The notes under the pieces are model-generated. The model saw only the letters and a list, made by a program, of their open reading frames with translations, was not told the origin of the DNA and did no database searches. Source: an uncultured Bacteroidaceae bacterium (GTDB lineage Bacteria > Bacteroidota > Bacteroidia > Bacteroidales > SM23-62). Taken from it: 64,000 nucleotides of DNA. Below are positions 49,142 to 57,916 of this stretch, piece after piece (positions within the stretch are counted from its first letter, which is position 1; the number at the start of each line of letters is the position of its first letter). The stretch covers positions 32,055-96,054 of the forward strand of contig CAYQQR010000009.1 of NCBI GenBank assembly GCA_964420035.1, in the 5' to 3' direction. Position numbers and translations under genes: made by a program.

Positions 49142-51378
49142 GGCATTCAATCCAAACATCCTTTGTCTTCTGCCTAGTTTCCCTTGTTTTCAGCCAATGT
49201 GGGGAAAAAGGTCCTGTATCTGTTAACCTAAGCAGCATTGATCAAAAGGTAGATTCTGTACTGGCCCTGATGACCCTGGAAGAAAAGATTGGTCAGATGA
49301 GTCTGACCAGCGCCCCGGGAGAAGTAACCGGTCCCATTCTCGCGGATGAGGATGAACTGAGGGCCATTGAGCAGGGCCTGCTGGGTAATCTGTACAATGT
49401 ACTGGGAGCAGAGAGGATAAGGATGGCCCAGGAAATAGCCGTGAACAATTCCAGGCTCAGGATCCCGCTGAGTTTCAGTATGGATGTGATCCATGGTTTC
49501 AGGACCGTTTTTCCGGTTCCCCTGGGAGAGGCGGCAAGCTGGGACCTGATGGCTATAGGGAAATCCGCACGTATTGCAGCTACAGAGGCGGCTGCATCGG
49601 GGATTAACTGGACCTATGCCCCCATGGTGGACCTCTGCCGTGATCCCCGCTGGGGAAGGATAGCCGAAGGAGCCGGTGAAGATAAGTACCTGGCTTCCCT
49701 GATCGCCAGGGCTCGTGTCAAAGGCTTTCAGGGCAATGACCCGGGCAGCATCCGTACCATTGCGGCAACTGCCAAACATTATGCAGGTTATGGTGCCGCG
49801 CGAGGAGGAAGGGATTACAATACGGTTGATGTTTCAAAACACTTCATGCACGAATACTACCTGGTCCCTTTTAAAGCAGCCGCTGATGAAGGCGTTGCTT
49901 CCATCATGCTTGCCTTTAATGAATGGAACGGAATACCGGCAACGGCTAATGAATACCTGGTGCGGGAAGTATTGCGTGAAAGCTGGCAATACCCCGGCAT
50001 TACGGTTTCCGACTGGAATTCCATTGGCGAAATGGTGGTCCACGGTTATGCCGGGGATGAAAAAGATGCTGCAAACAAAGCATTACAGGCAGGTTGCGAT
50101 ATGGAGCTGGTATCCAAAACCTACCGGGAAAATCTAAAAGACCTGGTAGAATCCGGAGCGGTTCCTGTCTTGTTAATCGATAATGCCGTTCGCAGGATAC
50201 TGAAACTGAAATTTGAACTCGGACTTTTTGATGATCCATACCGCTACTGTGACCGTAAGCGGGAAGATACCACCCTGCTCCACCCGGATCATATAGCCCA
50301 TGCAAGGGATATGGCCCGGAAAAGCATCGTTCTGTTAAAGAACGAGGGACCGGTACTGCCCCTGTCTAAAGGGCTGCGCCGGATCGCCGTGATCGGTCCG
50401 CTGGCCGCCGACAAAGATGCCCCGCTGGGCAGCTGGCGGGCCGCGGGTTCTCCGGATGATGTGGTAAGCCTGCTTGAAGGAATAAGAAAGAAGGTATCCG
50501 GTAGAACCCGTGTGGTCTATTCAAAGGGATGCGAAATTGAAGGAAGGGATGGCAGCGGCATACCGGTTGCCGTAAGCGCTACACGTTATGCTGATGTCAT
50601 AATTGCAGCAGTGGGAGAGGGTACCTGGATGAGCGGGGAGGCAGCAAGCCGGGGATTCCTGGATCTGCCCGGAAGACAGCAGGACCTCCTGGAAGCCCTC
50701 GTAAATACCGGTAAACCTGTCGTGGTGGTGCTGATGAACGGCAGACCCCTGGACCTGCGGTGGATGGATAAAAACGCCGCTGCCATACTGGAAACCTGGT
50801 TCAGCGGGGTGCAAGCCGGGAATGCCATAGCCGATGTTCTTTTCGGGGATTACAATCCCACGGGCCGCTTACCTGTGAGTTTCCCCTACGCGGTTGGACA
50901 GATCCCGGTCCATTACGACAGGAAGAGTACAGGCAGGCCCTACGATTCTACCAGCCGTTTCTGGAGCCGCTACATCGATATGCCCAATGAAGCCCTGTAT
51001 CCTTTTGGGTTTGGACTGAGCTACAGCGAAGTGGAATATCTGAATTTGGAAATTGACCGCGATGCGATGCATATGTTCGATACCCTTGGTGTTACACTGC
51101 GCGTTGCGAATAAAGGAAAAAGAGCGACAGAAGAAACGGTTCAGCTCTATATCCATGATGAACTGGCATCCCTGACCAGGCCCGATATGGAGCTTGTTGC
51201 TTTTAAAAAAAGCATGATACCCGCGGGAGATACCGTTGTGCTTCGCTTTGGCATTACGATGAGAGATCTGTCTTACCTTCATAAGGACCTGGTTTACCGG
51301 GCCGATCCCGGCAGCTTCCAGGTCTTCGCCGGACCCAATTCCAGGGACCTGCTTGAAGCCCGGTTTATATTGTACTAA
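49135..51378 (+). CDS. glycoside hydrolase family 3 (beta-glucosidase BglX-like)
   Basis: KIGQM, the GINWTYAPMVDLCRDPRWGRIAEGAGED block, KHYAGYG, and the GFxxSDW-type block (ITVSDW). Start at ATG 49135, overlapping the previous stop (ATGGTAA). Confidence 0.9.
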   Translation: MVRHSIQTSFVFCLVSLVFSQCGEKGPVSVNLSSIDQKVDSVLALMTLEEKIGQMSLTSAPGEVTGPILADEDELRAIEQGLLGNLYNVLGAERIRMAQEIAVNNSRLRIPLSFSMDVIHGFRTVFPVPLGEAASWDLMAIGKSARIAATEAAASGINWTYAPMVDLCRDPRWGRIAEGAGEDKYLASLIARARVKGFQGNDPGSIRTIAATAKHYAGYGAARGGRDYNTVDVSKHFMHEYYLVPFKAAADEGVASIMLAFNEWNGIPATANEYLVREVLRESWQYPGITVSDWNSIGEMVVHGYAGDEKDAANKALQAGCDMELVSKTYRENLKDLVESGAVPVLLIDNAVRRILKLKFELGLFDDPYRYCDRKREDTTLLHPDHIAHARDMARKSIVLLKNEGPVLPLSKGLRRIAVIGPLAADKDAPLGSWRAAGSPDDVVSLLEGIRKKVSGRTRVVYSKGCEIEGRDGSGIPVAVSATRYADVIIAAVGEGTWMSGEAASRGFLDLPGRQQDLLEALVNTGKPVVVVLMNGRPLDLRWMDKNAAAILETWFSGVQAGNAIADVLFGDYNPTGRLPVSFPYAVGQIPVHYDRKSTGRPYDSTSRFWSRYIDMPNEALYPFGFGLSYSEVEYLNLEIDRDAMHMFDTLGVTLRVANKGKRATEETVQLYIHDELASLTRPDMELVAFKKSMIPAGDTVVLRFGITMRDLSYLHKDLVYRADPGSFQVFAGPNSRDLLEARFILY

Positions 51379-51390
51379 AAAACGATTATT

Positions 51391-52121
51391 ATGAAAAAGT
51401 CAATATTCTATCTATTCCTGTTCAGTCTTGTAACGGGCTCTCTGCTATTCAACGCCTGCCAAAAAAATAAAGCTCCGACCTGGATCATCTCCAAGCCGGG
51501 TCAAATGTGGCAGGTTGCGGAATATACCCCTTCTGCCAGTACCCCTGATTTTACAGTCCGCATTACCGGTGAGGCACAGGAGATCACGGCATGGGGTGCC
51601 TGTTTTAATGAACCGGGGTGGACGGCACTGCAAAGCACAGGGCAGGAGCAAAGAGAACAATTGCTGAAAGAGTTCTACCATCCTGAAGAAGGATTGCGTT
51701 TTACGGTGTGCCGGATGCCTATAGAGGCCAACGACTATGCTACGGAATGGTATTCCCTGAATGATTCAGCAGGAGATATGGAAATGGAGCATTTCAGCAT
51801 TGAACGGGACTGGAAAAATCTTATTCCCTATATCAAAGCAGCTATGGAGTATAATCCGGAACTGAAGATCTGGGGTTCCCCCTGGTGCCCCCCGGCCTGG
51901 ATGAAAGTCAATAAGCACTATGCCTGCCGGCCTGCTGAAGTCAATAACCTGCCGGAATCGGGGGCAGGGCAGGAGGGAAGGACCCAGTTTATCATGGAGC
52001 AGGAATACCTGGAAGCCTACGCGGACTATTTCTCGAATCTGTAGAAACGGGAGATGACAAACTGGGGGTTGACTTGCCGGCACGGTCCTTCCAGACACTG
52101 CTGGTTCCCGGTGTTAAATAG
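51391..52121 (+). pseudogene. GH30-like glycoside hydrolase with large internal deletion and frameshift
   Basis: The N-terminal 217 aa look GH30-like (ITAWGACFNEPGW, WGSPWCPPAWMK, EAYADYF) and stop at 52044. A different frame at 52047-52121 reads TGDDKLGVDLPARSFQTLLVPGVK*, which looks like a GH30 C-terminus. About 250 codons are absent, including the expected catalytic Glu region. Confidence 0.7.
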
Positions 52122-52179
52122 GAGTAAGTTTTGTTATTATGCTTTAGAAACATTATGTTTGTAAAACATAATTAAAGAA

Positions 52180-53550
52180 GTGGAGTTCATTAACAGAAAA
52201 AGAGAACTTGATAGAATCAGGCGCTTGCTTGCCAAAAAAGAAAGTATGTTGTTTGTCCTTTATGGCAGGAGGAGACTTGGCAAGACAAGGTTATTGCAAC
52301 AAATAAGAAATGGAAGTGTTATTTATTTTACTGCTGATCAAAGTGAAATGCCACTGCAGATTTCATCTTTTTCCAAAATCATCGGAAATTATATAAAAGG
52401 TTTTGATTCAGTTATTTATCCCAATTGGGAAAGCTGTTTACAGGCACTTATTGATCGGTTAGTCAGGAAAGTAACCATTGTTTTTGATGAATTCCCTTAT
52501 TTGGTAAAGAATGCTCCGGAACTACCCAGTATCGTCCAAAAACTATTTGACAATCGTTCCGGGTTATCATTCCATCTGTGGCTGTGTGGATCATCACAAC
52601 AGATGATGCATAATCTTGTAATTAATGTTAATTCACCGCTGTATGGAAGGGCTAATGAGATAATCAAGCTTTCACCAATGAGTATTTATTACCTTCAGGA
52701 AGCGATCGGGTGCTCATTTATTGAAGCGGTTGAAGAGTATTCTATCTGGGGTGGGATTCCCCGTTACTGGGAATTGCGCGTACAGGAAAAAAGCATGAAG
52801 AAGGCGATCATCAATCATATCCTCGACAGCAACGGCATTCTTCATGAAGAACCATTACGGTTATTCCTTGATGACAGCAGGGATACCGTACAGATGTATA
52901 CCCTCGTTACGCTTATAGCCTCAGGTATGCATCGGCTATCTGGGATCGCTTCAAGGATCGGAAAACCGGCAACGCATCTCCACAGGCCACTACAGCGATT
53001 GATAAATCTGGGATATCTTAAGAGAGAAATCCCTTTTGGAACCTCTCCGCGAAAAGCAAAGAGAACATTGTACAAAGTTGCCGACCCTTTCATTAATTTC
53101 TATTTCACTTATGTGGTCCCGGATAAAACATCCCTGGAATCAGGAATGGCTGAACGGGTATATGAAGATGTTATTGTGCCCGGTTTTGCAGAATATTGTT
53201 CCGGATTTTGGGAAGATATTTGCAGGGCTTCGATTCCTTTACTTTTTGGAGAAAAGCTTTTTTCTCCGGCTTCTCGTTGGTGGAGCACCCCTGGTGGAGA
53301 AAACCATTTTGAGATTGACATCGTGTCGTCTTCAAGGGATAAAAATGAAATGATCGTTGCAGAAGCTAAATGGTCTGAATCTGTTAATATCAACTCATTA
53401 TGTCATCAAATGGATATTAAGATTGAGCATTTACCCGGAAAAGACAATAAAAAAATTCAAAAAGTACTTTTCCTAAAGTATAAACCTGAATACGTCCCTC
53501 CGGGTTATTCAGTTTTTACACCCGAAGATGTGATAAATGCCTTTCAATGA
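52180..53550 (+). CDS. AAA-type ATPase with C-terminal DUF234 (Arch_ATPase family, COG1672-like)
   Basis: GTG start. FINRKRELDRI...LYGRRRLGKTRLL P-loop, DEF Walker B (IVFDEFPYL), and a DUF234-like C-terminus (FE.DIV.......IVAEAKW). Visibly more AT-rich than its flanks. Confidence 0.8.
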   Translation: MEFINRKRELDRIRRLLAKKESMLFVLYGRRRLGKTRLLQQIRNGSVIYFTADQSEMPLQISSFSKIIGNYIKGFDSVIYPNWESCLQALIDRLVRKVTIVFDEFPYLVKNAPELPSIVQKLFDNRSGLSFHLWLCGSSQQMMHNLVINVNSPLYGRANEIIKLSPMSIYYLQEAIGCSFIEAVEEYSIWGGIPRYWELRVQEKSMKKAIINHILDSNGILHEEPLRLFLDDSRDTVQMYTLVTLIASGMHRLSGIASRIGKPATHLHRPLQRLINLGYLKREIPFGTSPRKAKRTLYKVADPFINFYFTYVVPDKTSLESGMAERVYEDVIVPGFAEYCSGFWEDICRASIPLLFGEKLFSPASRWWSTPGGENHFEIDIVSSSRDKNEMIVAEAKWSESVNINSLCHQMDIKIEHLPGKDNKKIQKVLFLKYKPEYVPPGYSVFTPEDVINAFQ

Positions 53551-53563
53551 AACACTTTATACA

Positions 53564-53594
53564 GTGAGGGCATGACCGCCGGTCATACCCTCAC
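53564..53594 (+). terminator. strong hairpin after the ATPase gene
   Basis: gtgagggcatgacc-gcc-ggtcataccctcac gives 13 bp plus one mismatch. No U-tract follows; instead the CCTTAAA word module is next (53595-53612). Confidence 0.5.
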
Positions 53595-53706
53595 ACCTTA
53601 AATCCTTAAAACAAAAATCTCCTTCTTTTACTTGTAATTTTGATTTCTGTAATATATTTGAATCATAATTGAGTGCGGCATCGCTTGGTGCTTAATGGAT
53701 TGAACA

Positions 53707-53952
53707 ATGAAAAAGAAGACAAACAAACCTGTGGCTGAAGACAGGGAAATAAAAGCTCCCGTTCCCAAATCAAACGGCAAAAGGGAAAAGAAACCTTCGA
53801 TCTACGATGATTTCGAGGAGGAACTGGATCCTGACATTGAAGAGTTCCAGAGGGAACTCGAAGACATGCGCTTCGACGAATCCTGGAGCGAGGAAGAAGA
53901 TGATAGGTCCGACGATGGCTGGGACCGGTTCGACGAGGAAGACGAACGTTGA
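53707..53952 (+). CDS. small bipolar protein (basic N-terminus, extremely acidic C-terminus), hypothetical
   Basis: 81-aa ORF: MKKKTNKP...KREKKPSIYDDFEEELDPDIEEFQRELEDMRFDESWSEEEDDRSDDGWDRFDEEDER. Confidence 0.45.
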   Translation: MKKKTNKPVAEDREIKAPVPKSNGKREKKPSIYDDFEEELDPDIEEFQRELEDMRFDESWSEEEDDRSDDGWDRFDEEDER

Positions 53953-54011
53953 TTTGAAGATCCCGGATCATTCCCTTAACTTCAGGAGGTATTAACCCAA
54001 ACTTTTTAATT

Positions 54012-55457
54012 ATGATCTCCCTGCAAAACCGGACCTTTGAAGCCGGTCTGGGCATTGGGATCATTGCATCCCAATGCCTCCTGACTTCCTGTGGCCGGAC
54101 TGCTGAAAAAAAGCAGGACCCGGTTCCCCGGACCAACATTATTTACATTATGGCCGACGACCTGGGTTACCACGACCTGGGCTGCTTCGGTCAGGAAAAG
54201 ATCAGGACCCCCAATATCGATAAAATGGCAGCCGAGGGCCTGACCTTTACCCGGCATTACGCGGGAACCTCTGTATGTGCCCCTTCCCGCTGTGTTTTGA
54301 TGACCGGCCTTCATACCGGGCACTGCTACGTCCGGGGCAATATGGAAGCCGATCCCTACGGTCAGCTGGCCCTGTCGGATGAAGAGGTCACCGTGGCGGA
54401 ACTGCTCAAGAAAGCAGGCTATGTTACAGGCCAGTTCGGTAAATGGGGCCTGGGCGTTCAGCATACGGAAGGGGATCCGCGGAACCAGGGTTTCGACGAA
54501 TTCTTCGGTTATCACGGGCAGGTGCATGCCCATAATTCCTTCCCGGAATACCTGTACCATAACCGGGATACGGTGTGGCTGGACAATGAAGTGGTCTATA
54601 TGCCCGAAGATCACTGGACCCGCGGATTGGGAAGTTATGCCACGGAAAAGGTGGATTACTCCAACGACCTGATACAGGAGGCCGCCATGAAGTTCATTAA
54701 GGAAAACAAAGATACCCTCTTTTTTGCCTATCTGCCTTTTACCATTCCCCACAACAACGGTGAAGCCCCCGAGGGGTACAAGATGGAATCGCCCGGGCTG
54801 GGGATCTATGAGGACAAGGACTGGGACCGCGAAGATAAAGCCTACGCGGCCATGATCACCCGCCTGGACCGGTACGTGAGCGAACTGATGGATTATCTCA
54901 AGCAAACCGGTCTGGATAAAAATACCCTGGTCATATTCACCAGCGACAACGGCGGACAGCATACGGGCTTTTTTGATTCCAATGCACCCCTCAGGGGGAT
55001 GAAACGCGATCTGTATGAAGGGGGGATCCGGGTCCCCACCATAGCCTGGTGGCCCGGGACCATTACACCGGGAACCAGCACGGAGCATGTATCGGCATTC
55101 TGGGATTTTCTGCCCACCGCATGCGAAATTGCCGGTGTGGACATACCCGATCATACAGATGGTATATCTTACCTGCCAGTATTAAAAGGAGAGGAACAGG
55201 GAAAACACGACTATCTCTACTGGGAATTCCATGAGCAGGGAGGAAAGCAGGCCATACGCGTGAACCGCTGGAAGGCGGTCAGGCTCAATGTGGGTGAGGA
55301 CCCCGATGCACCCCTGGAACTGTATGATCTGGTTGAGGACATTGATGAAAGCGATAACATAGCTTCAGCACATCCGGAGCTGGTCAGGAAAATGGATTCA
55401 TTGATGGAGGTGAGCCGCACTACCTCGGAACATTTTAACTTCGGATGGGACCAGTAA
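54012..55457 (+). CDS. Cys-type sulfatase (arylsulfatase family) lipoprotein
   Basis: Lipobox LLTSC. Formylglycine motif SVCAPSRCVLMTG. The N-terminal NIIYIMADDLGYHDLGCFG and the GKWGLG motif. Confidence 0.92.
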   Translation: MISLQNRTFEAGLGIGIIASQCLLTSCGRTAEKKQDPVPRTNIIYIMADDLGYHDLGCFGQEKIRTPNIDKMAAEGLTFTRHYAGTSVCAPSRCVLMTGLHTGHCYVRGNMEADPYGQLALSDEEVTVAELLKKAGYVTGQFGKWGLGVQHTEGDPRNQGFDEFFGYHGQVHAHNSFPEYLYHNRDTVWLDNEVVYMPEDHWTRGLGSYATEKVDYSNDLIQEAAMKFIKENKDTLFFAYLPFTIPHNNGEAPEGYKMESPGLGIYEDKDWDREDKAYAAMITRLDRYVSELMDYLKQTGLDKNTLVIFTSDNGGQHTGFFDSNAPLRGMKRDLYEGGIRVPTIAWWPGTITPGTSTEHVSAFWDFLPTACEIAGVDIPDHTDGISYLPVLKGEEQGKHDYLYWEFHEQGGKQAIRVNRWKAVRLNVGEDPDAPLELYDLVEDIDESDNIASAHPELVRKMDSLMEVSRTTSEHFNFGWDQ

Positions 55458-57895
55458 TGAAATACGGCAACTTCGACGACAGGCAAAAAGAATATGTGAT
55501 CCATACCCCCAGGACGCCGTGGCCCTGGATCAACTATCTCGGTAATGAATCCTTCTTTTCCCTGGTCTCCAATACCATGGGCGGGTACAGCTTTTATCGC
55601 GATGCCCGCTTCCGAAGGATTACCCGCTACATCTATAACCATCATAACCTGGATTCCCACGGCAAGTTTTTTTATATCAAAGAGGGAAACCTGGTGTGGA
55701 ACCCCGGCTGGAAGCCGGTAAAGACAGAACTTGATCATTATGAATGCCGGCACGGGTTGGGATACAGCAGGTTCAGCGGGACAATAAATGGTCTGGCCGC
55801 GGAAGTTTTGTGTTTCGTACCCATTGGGACCACTGCCGAGATCAATGCCCTGCGGCTCATGAACAAATCTAAGCGCCGCAAAGTGTTCAGCCTCTATTCT
55901 TACGTTGAGTTCTGTTTGTGGAACGCCCTGGACGATATGACCAACTACCAGCGAACCCTGTCCACAGGAAGAGCGGAAAAAATGGGTCGGGCCCTTGTAC
56001 ACTTCACCGATTACAAGGACAGGAGAAATCATTTTGCCTACCATTATGCCAACCGGCCGGCCAGCGGCTACGACTGCGACAGGGAAACATTCACGGGCAT
56101 GCATAACGGCCTGGATGCCCCGGAACAGGTTCTGAAAGGAAGCTCGGGCCGTTCCATGGCTTACGGCTGGAACCCGGTGGCCGTGCAGCACTTCGATCTT
56201 CACCTGAAACCCGGCGAGGAAACCGACCTGGTCTTTGTCCTGGGATATGGAGAAAACAGGGGAGATACTAAGTGGAACCCGGACGGGAGCATGAACCTGG
56301 AGCCCATGAATAAAGTTGTGAACCACTTTAAGAACAAAGAAGCAGTCGATAAGGCGTTTGAAGAGCTGAAGGAATACTGGTCGGGATTGCTCGGCGGCTA
56401 CCGGGTGAATAGCGGTAATCAACATGTGGACCGCATGGTGAATATCTGGAACCCCTACCAGTGTATGGTCACTTTCAACATGTCGCGCAGTGCTTCCTAT
56501 TTCGAGACCGGTATAGGGCGCGGACTGGGATTCAGGGATTCCAACCAGGACCTGCTGGGCTTCGTGCACCAGGTACCGGAAAGGGCCAGGCAAAGACTGT
56601 TGGACCTGGCTGCAACCCAGTTGCCGGACGGGGGAGCTTATCACCAGTACCAGCCCCTGACCAAAAGAGGCAATGACGAAATTGGCGGTGATTTCAATGA
56701 TGATCCTTTATGGCTGATATGCGGTACCGTGGCTTATTTGAAGGAAACGGGCGATTTCAGCATTCTGGAAGAACAAGTTCCCTTCGATCACGATCCGGAG
56801 CAGGCCGACAGCCTTTTCGAACATTTGAAAAGATCCTTTTATCACGTGGTGAACAACCTGGGTCCGCACGGATTGCCCCTCATAGGTCGCGCCGACTGGA
56901 ACGATTGTATGAACCTGAACATTTTCAATTTTGATCCCGATGTATCTTTCCAGAACGGGCCGCTCAAAAGAGACGGCAAAACAGCTGAATCCATGATGAT
57001 CGCCGGGGCCTTTGTTCTTTATGGCAGGGAATATGCCGATCTGTGTGGATTCCTGGGAAAAAAGGATGAGGCCACTAAAGCCCGGGAACATATCGAAGAT
57101 ATGATCAAAAATGTAGATAAACACGGCTGGGACGGTTCCTGGTTCCTTCGGGCCTATGACGCGGACGGAAACAAGGTGGGCAGTAAGGAAAACCCTGAAG
57201 GCAGGATCTTCATAGAATCCCAGGGATTCTGCGGTATGGCAGGGATAGGGAAGGAGGACGGCCGTCTGCAAAAAACACTGGATGCCGTAAAGCAATACCT
57301 CGACACCCATTACGGGATCGTTCTTTGCAATCCGGCATTTACCCGTTACTATCCCGAATACGGGGAGATATCCACCTACATACCCGGATACAAGGAAAAT
57401 GCAGGCATATTCTGCCACAACAATCCCTGGATCATGATCGCGGAAACTCTCCTGGGACGGGGACAGGAAGCCTATGATTACTGGGAAAAGATCAGTCCCT
57501 CCTACCTGGAGCCCGTCAGCGACCAGCATCGTATGGAACCTTATGTTTATGCCCAGATGATCGCCGGAAAAGATGCAGTCAAACCCGGAGAGGCCAAGAA
57601 TTCCTGGCTCACCGGGACTGCTGCCTGGAACTATGTTGCCATCACCCAATACATCCTGGGGATCCGGCCGGATTATGACGGCTTGGTCATCAATCCATGC
57701 ATACCGGCTGAATGGGAGGGTTTTAAGGTGAGAAGGCTTTTCCGTGGTTCCTTATTCGGGATAGAAGTCAGCAATCCCAACCATGTTTCAAAAGGGATAC
57801 GTGAGATCAGGGTCAATGGTAAAAAGAATGAAAGTAACAAGATTTCAATACAAAAAAATATAAAGGAGTACAATGTCGAAATAATAATGGGCTAA
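55457..57895 (+). CDS. GH94 cellobiose/chitobiose-type phosphorylase
   Basis: The N-terminus MKYGNFDDRQKEYVIHTPRTPWPWINYLGNESFFSLVSNTMGGYSFYRDARFRRITRY closely parallels characterised cellobiose phosphorylases. About 812 aa. The ATG shares 1 nt with the sulfatase stop (TAATG). Confidence 0.88.
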   Translation: MKYGNFDDRQKEYVIHTPRTPWPWINYLGNESFFSLVSNTMGGYSFYRDARFRRITRYIYNHHNLDSHGKFFYIKEGNLVWNPGWKPVKTELDHYECRHGLGYSRFSGTINGLAAEVLCFVPIGTTAEINALRLMNKSKRRKVFSLYSYVEFCLWNALDDMTNYQRTLSTGRAEKMGRALVHFTDYKDRRNHFAYHYANRPASGYDCDRETFTGMHNGLDAPEQVLKGSSGRSMAYGWNPVAVQHFDLHLKPGEETDLVFVLGYGENRGDTKWNPDGSMNLEPMNKVVNHFKNKEAVDKAFEELKEYWSGLLGGYRVNSGNQHVDRMVNIWNPYQCMVTFNMSRSASYFETGIGRGLGFRDSNQDLLGFVHQVPERARQRLLDLAATQLPDGGAYHQYQPLTKRGNDEIGGDFNDDPLWLICGTVAYLKETGDFSILEEQVPFDHDPEQADSLFEHLKRSFYHVVNNLGPHGLPLIGRADWNDCMNLNIFNFDPDVSFQNGPLKRDGKTAESMMIAGAFVLYGREYADLCGFLGKKDEATKAREHIEDMIKNVDKHGWDGSWFLRAYDADGNKVGSKENPEGRIFIESQGFCGMAGIGKEDGRLQKTLDAVKQYLDTHYGIVLCNPAFTRYYPEYGEISTYIPGYKENAGIFCHNNPWIMIAETLLGRGQEAYDYWEKISPSYLEPVSDQHRMEPYVYAQMIAGKDAVKPGEAKNSWLTGTAAWNYVAITQYILGIRPDYDGLVINPCIPAEWEGFKVRRLFRGSLFGIEVSNPNHVSKGIREIRVNGKKNESNKISIQKNIKEYNVEIIMG

Positions 57896-57916
57896 CTCCC
57901 TTTGAAACAGTTTATA

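Noticed and set aside
52121-52180. Possible mobile-element terminus or target-site duplication flanking the ATPase insertion
   Set aside because: I could not find matching direct or inverted repeats between 52121-52180 and 53551-53706, nor any integrase or transposase. The insertion mechanism remains unknown.
54006-57649. Long minus-strand ORFs (54006-55154, 382 aa; 55217-56644, 475 aa; 56708-57649, 313 aa)
   Set aside because: They lie antisense to well-supported sulfatase and GH94 genes. Their translations are low-complexity (G/P/V/H-rich) with no motifs. They are shadow ORFs caused by GC-rich third codon positions on the plus strand.
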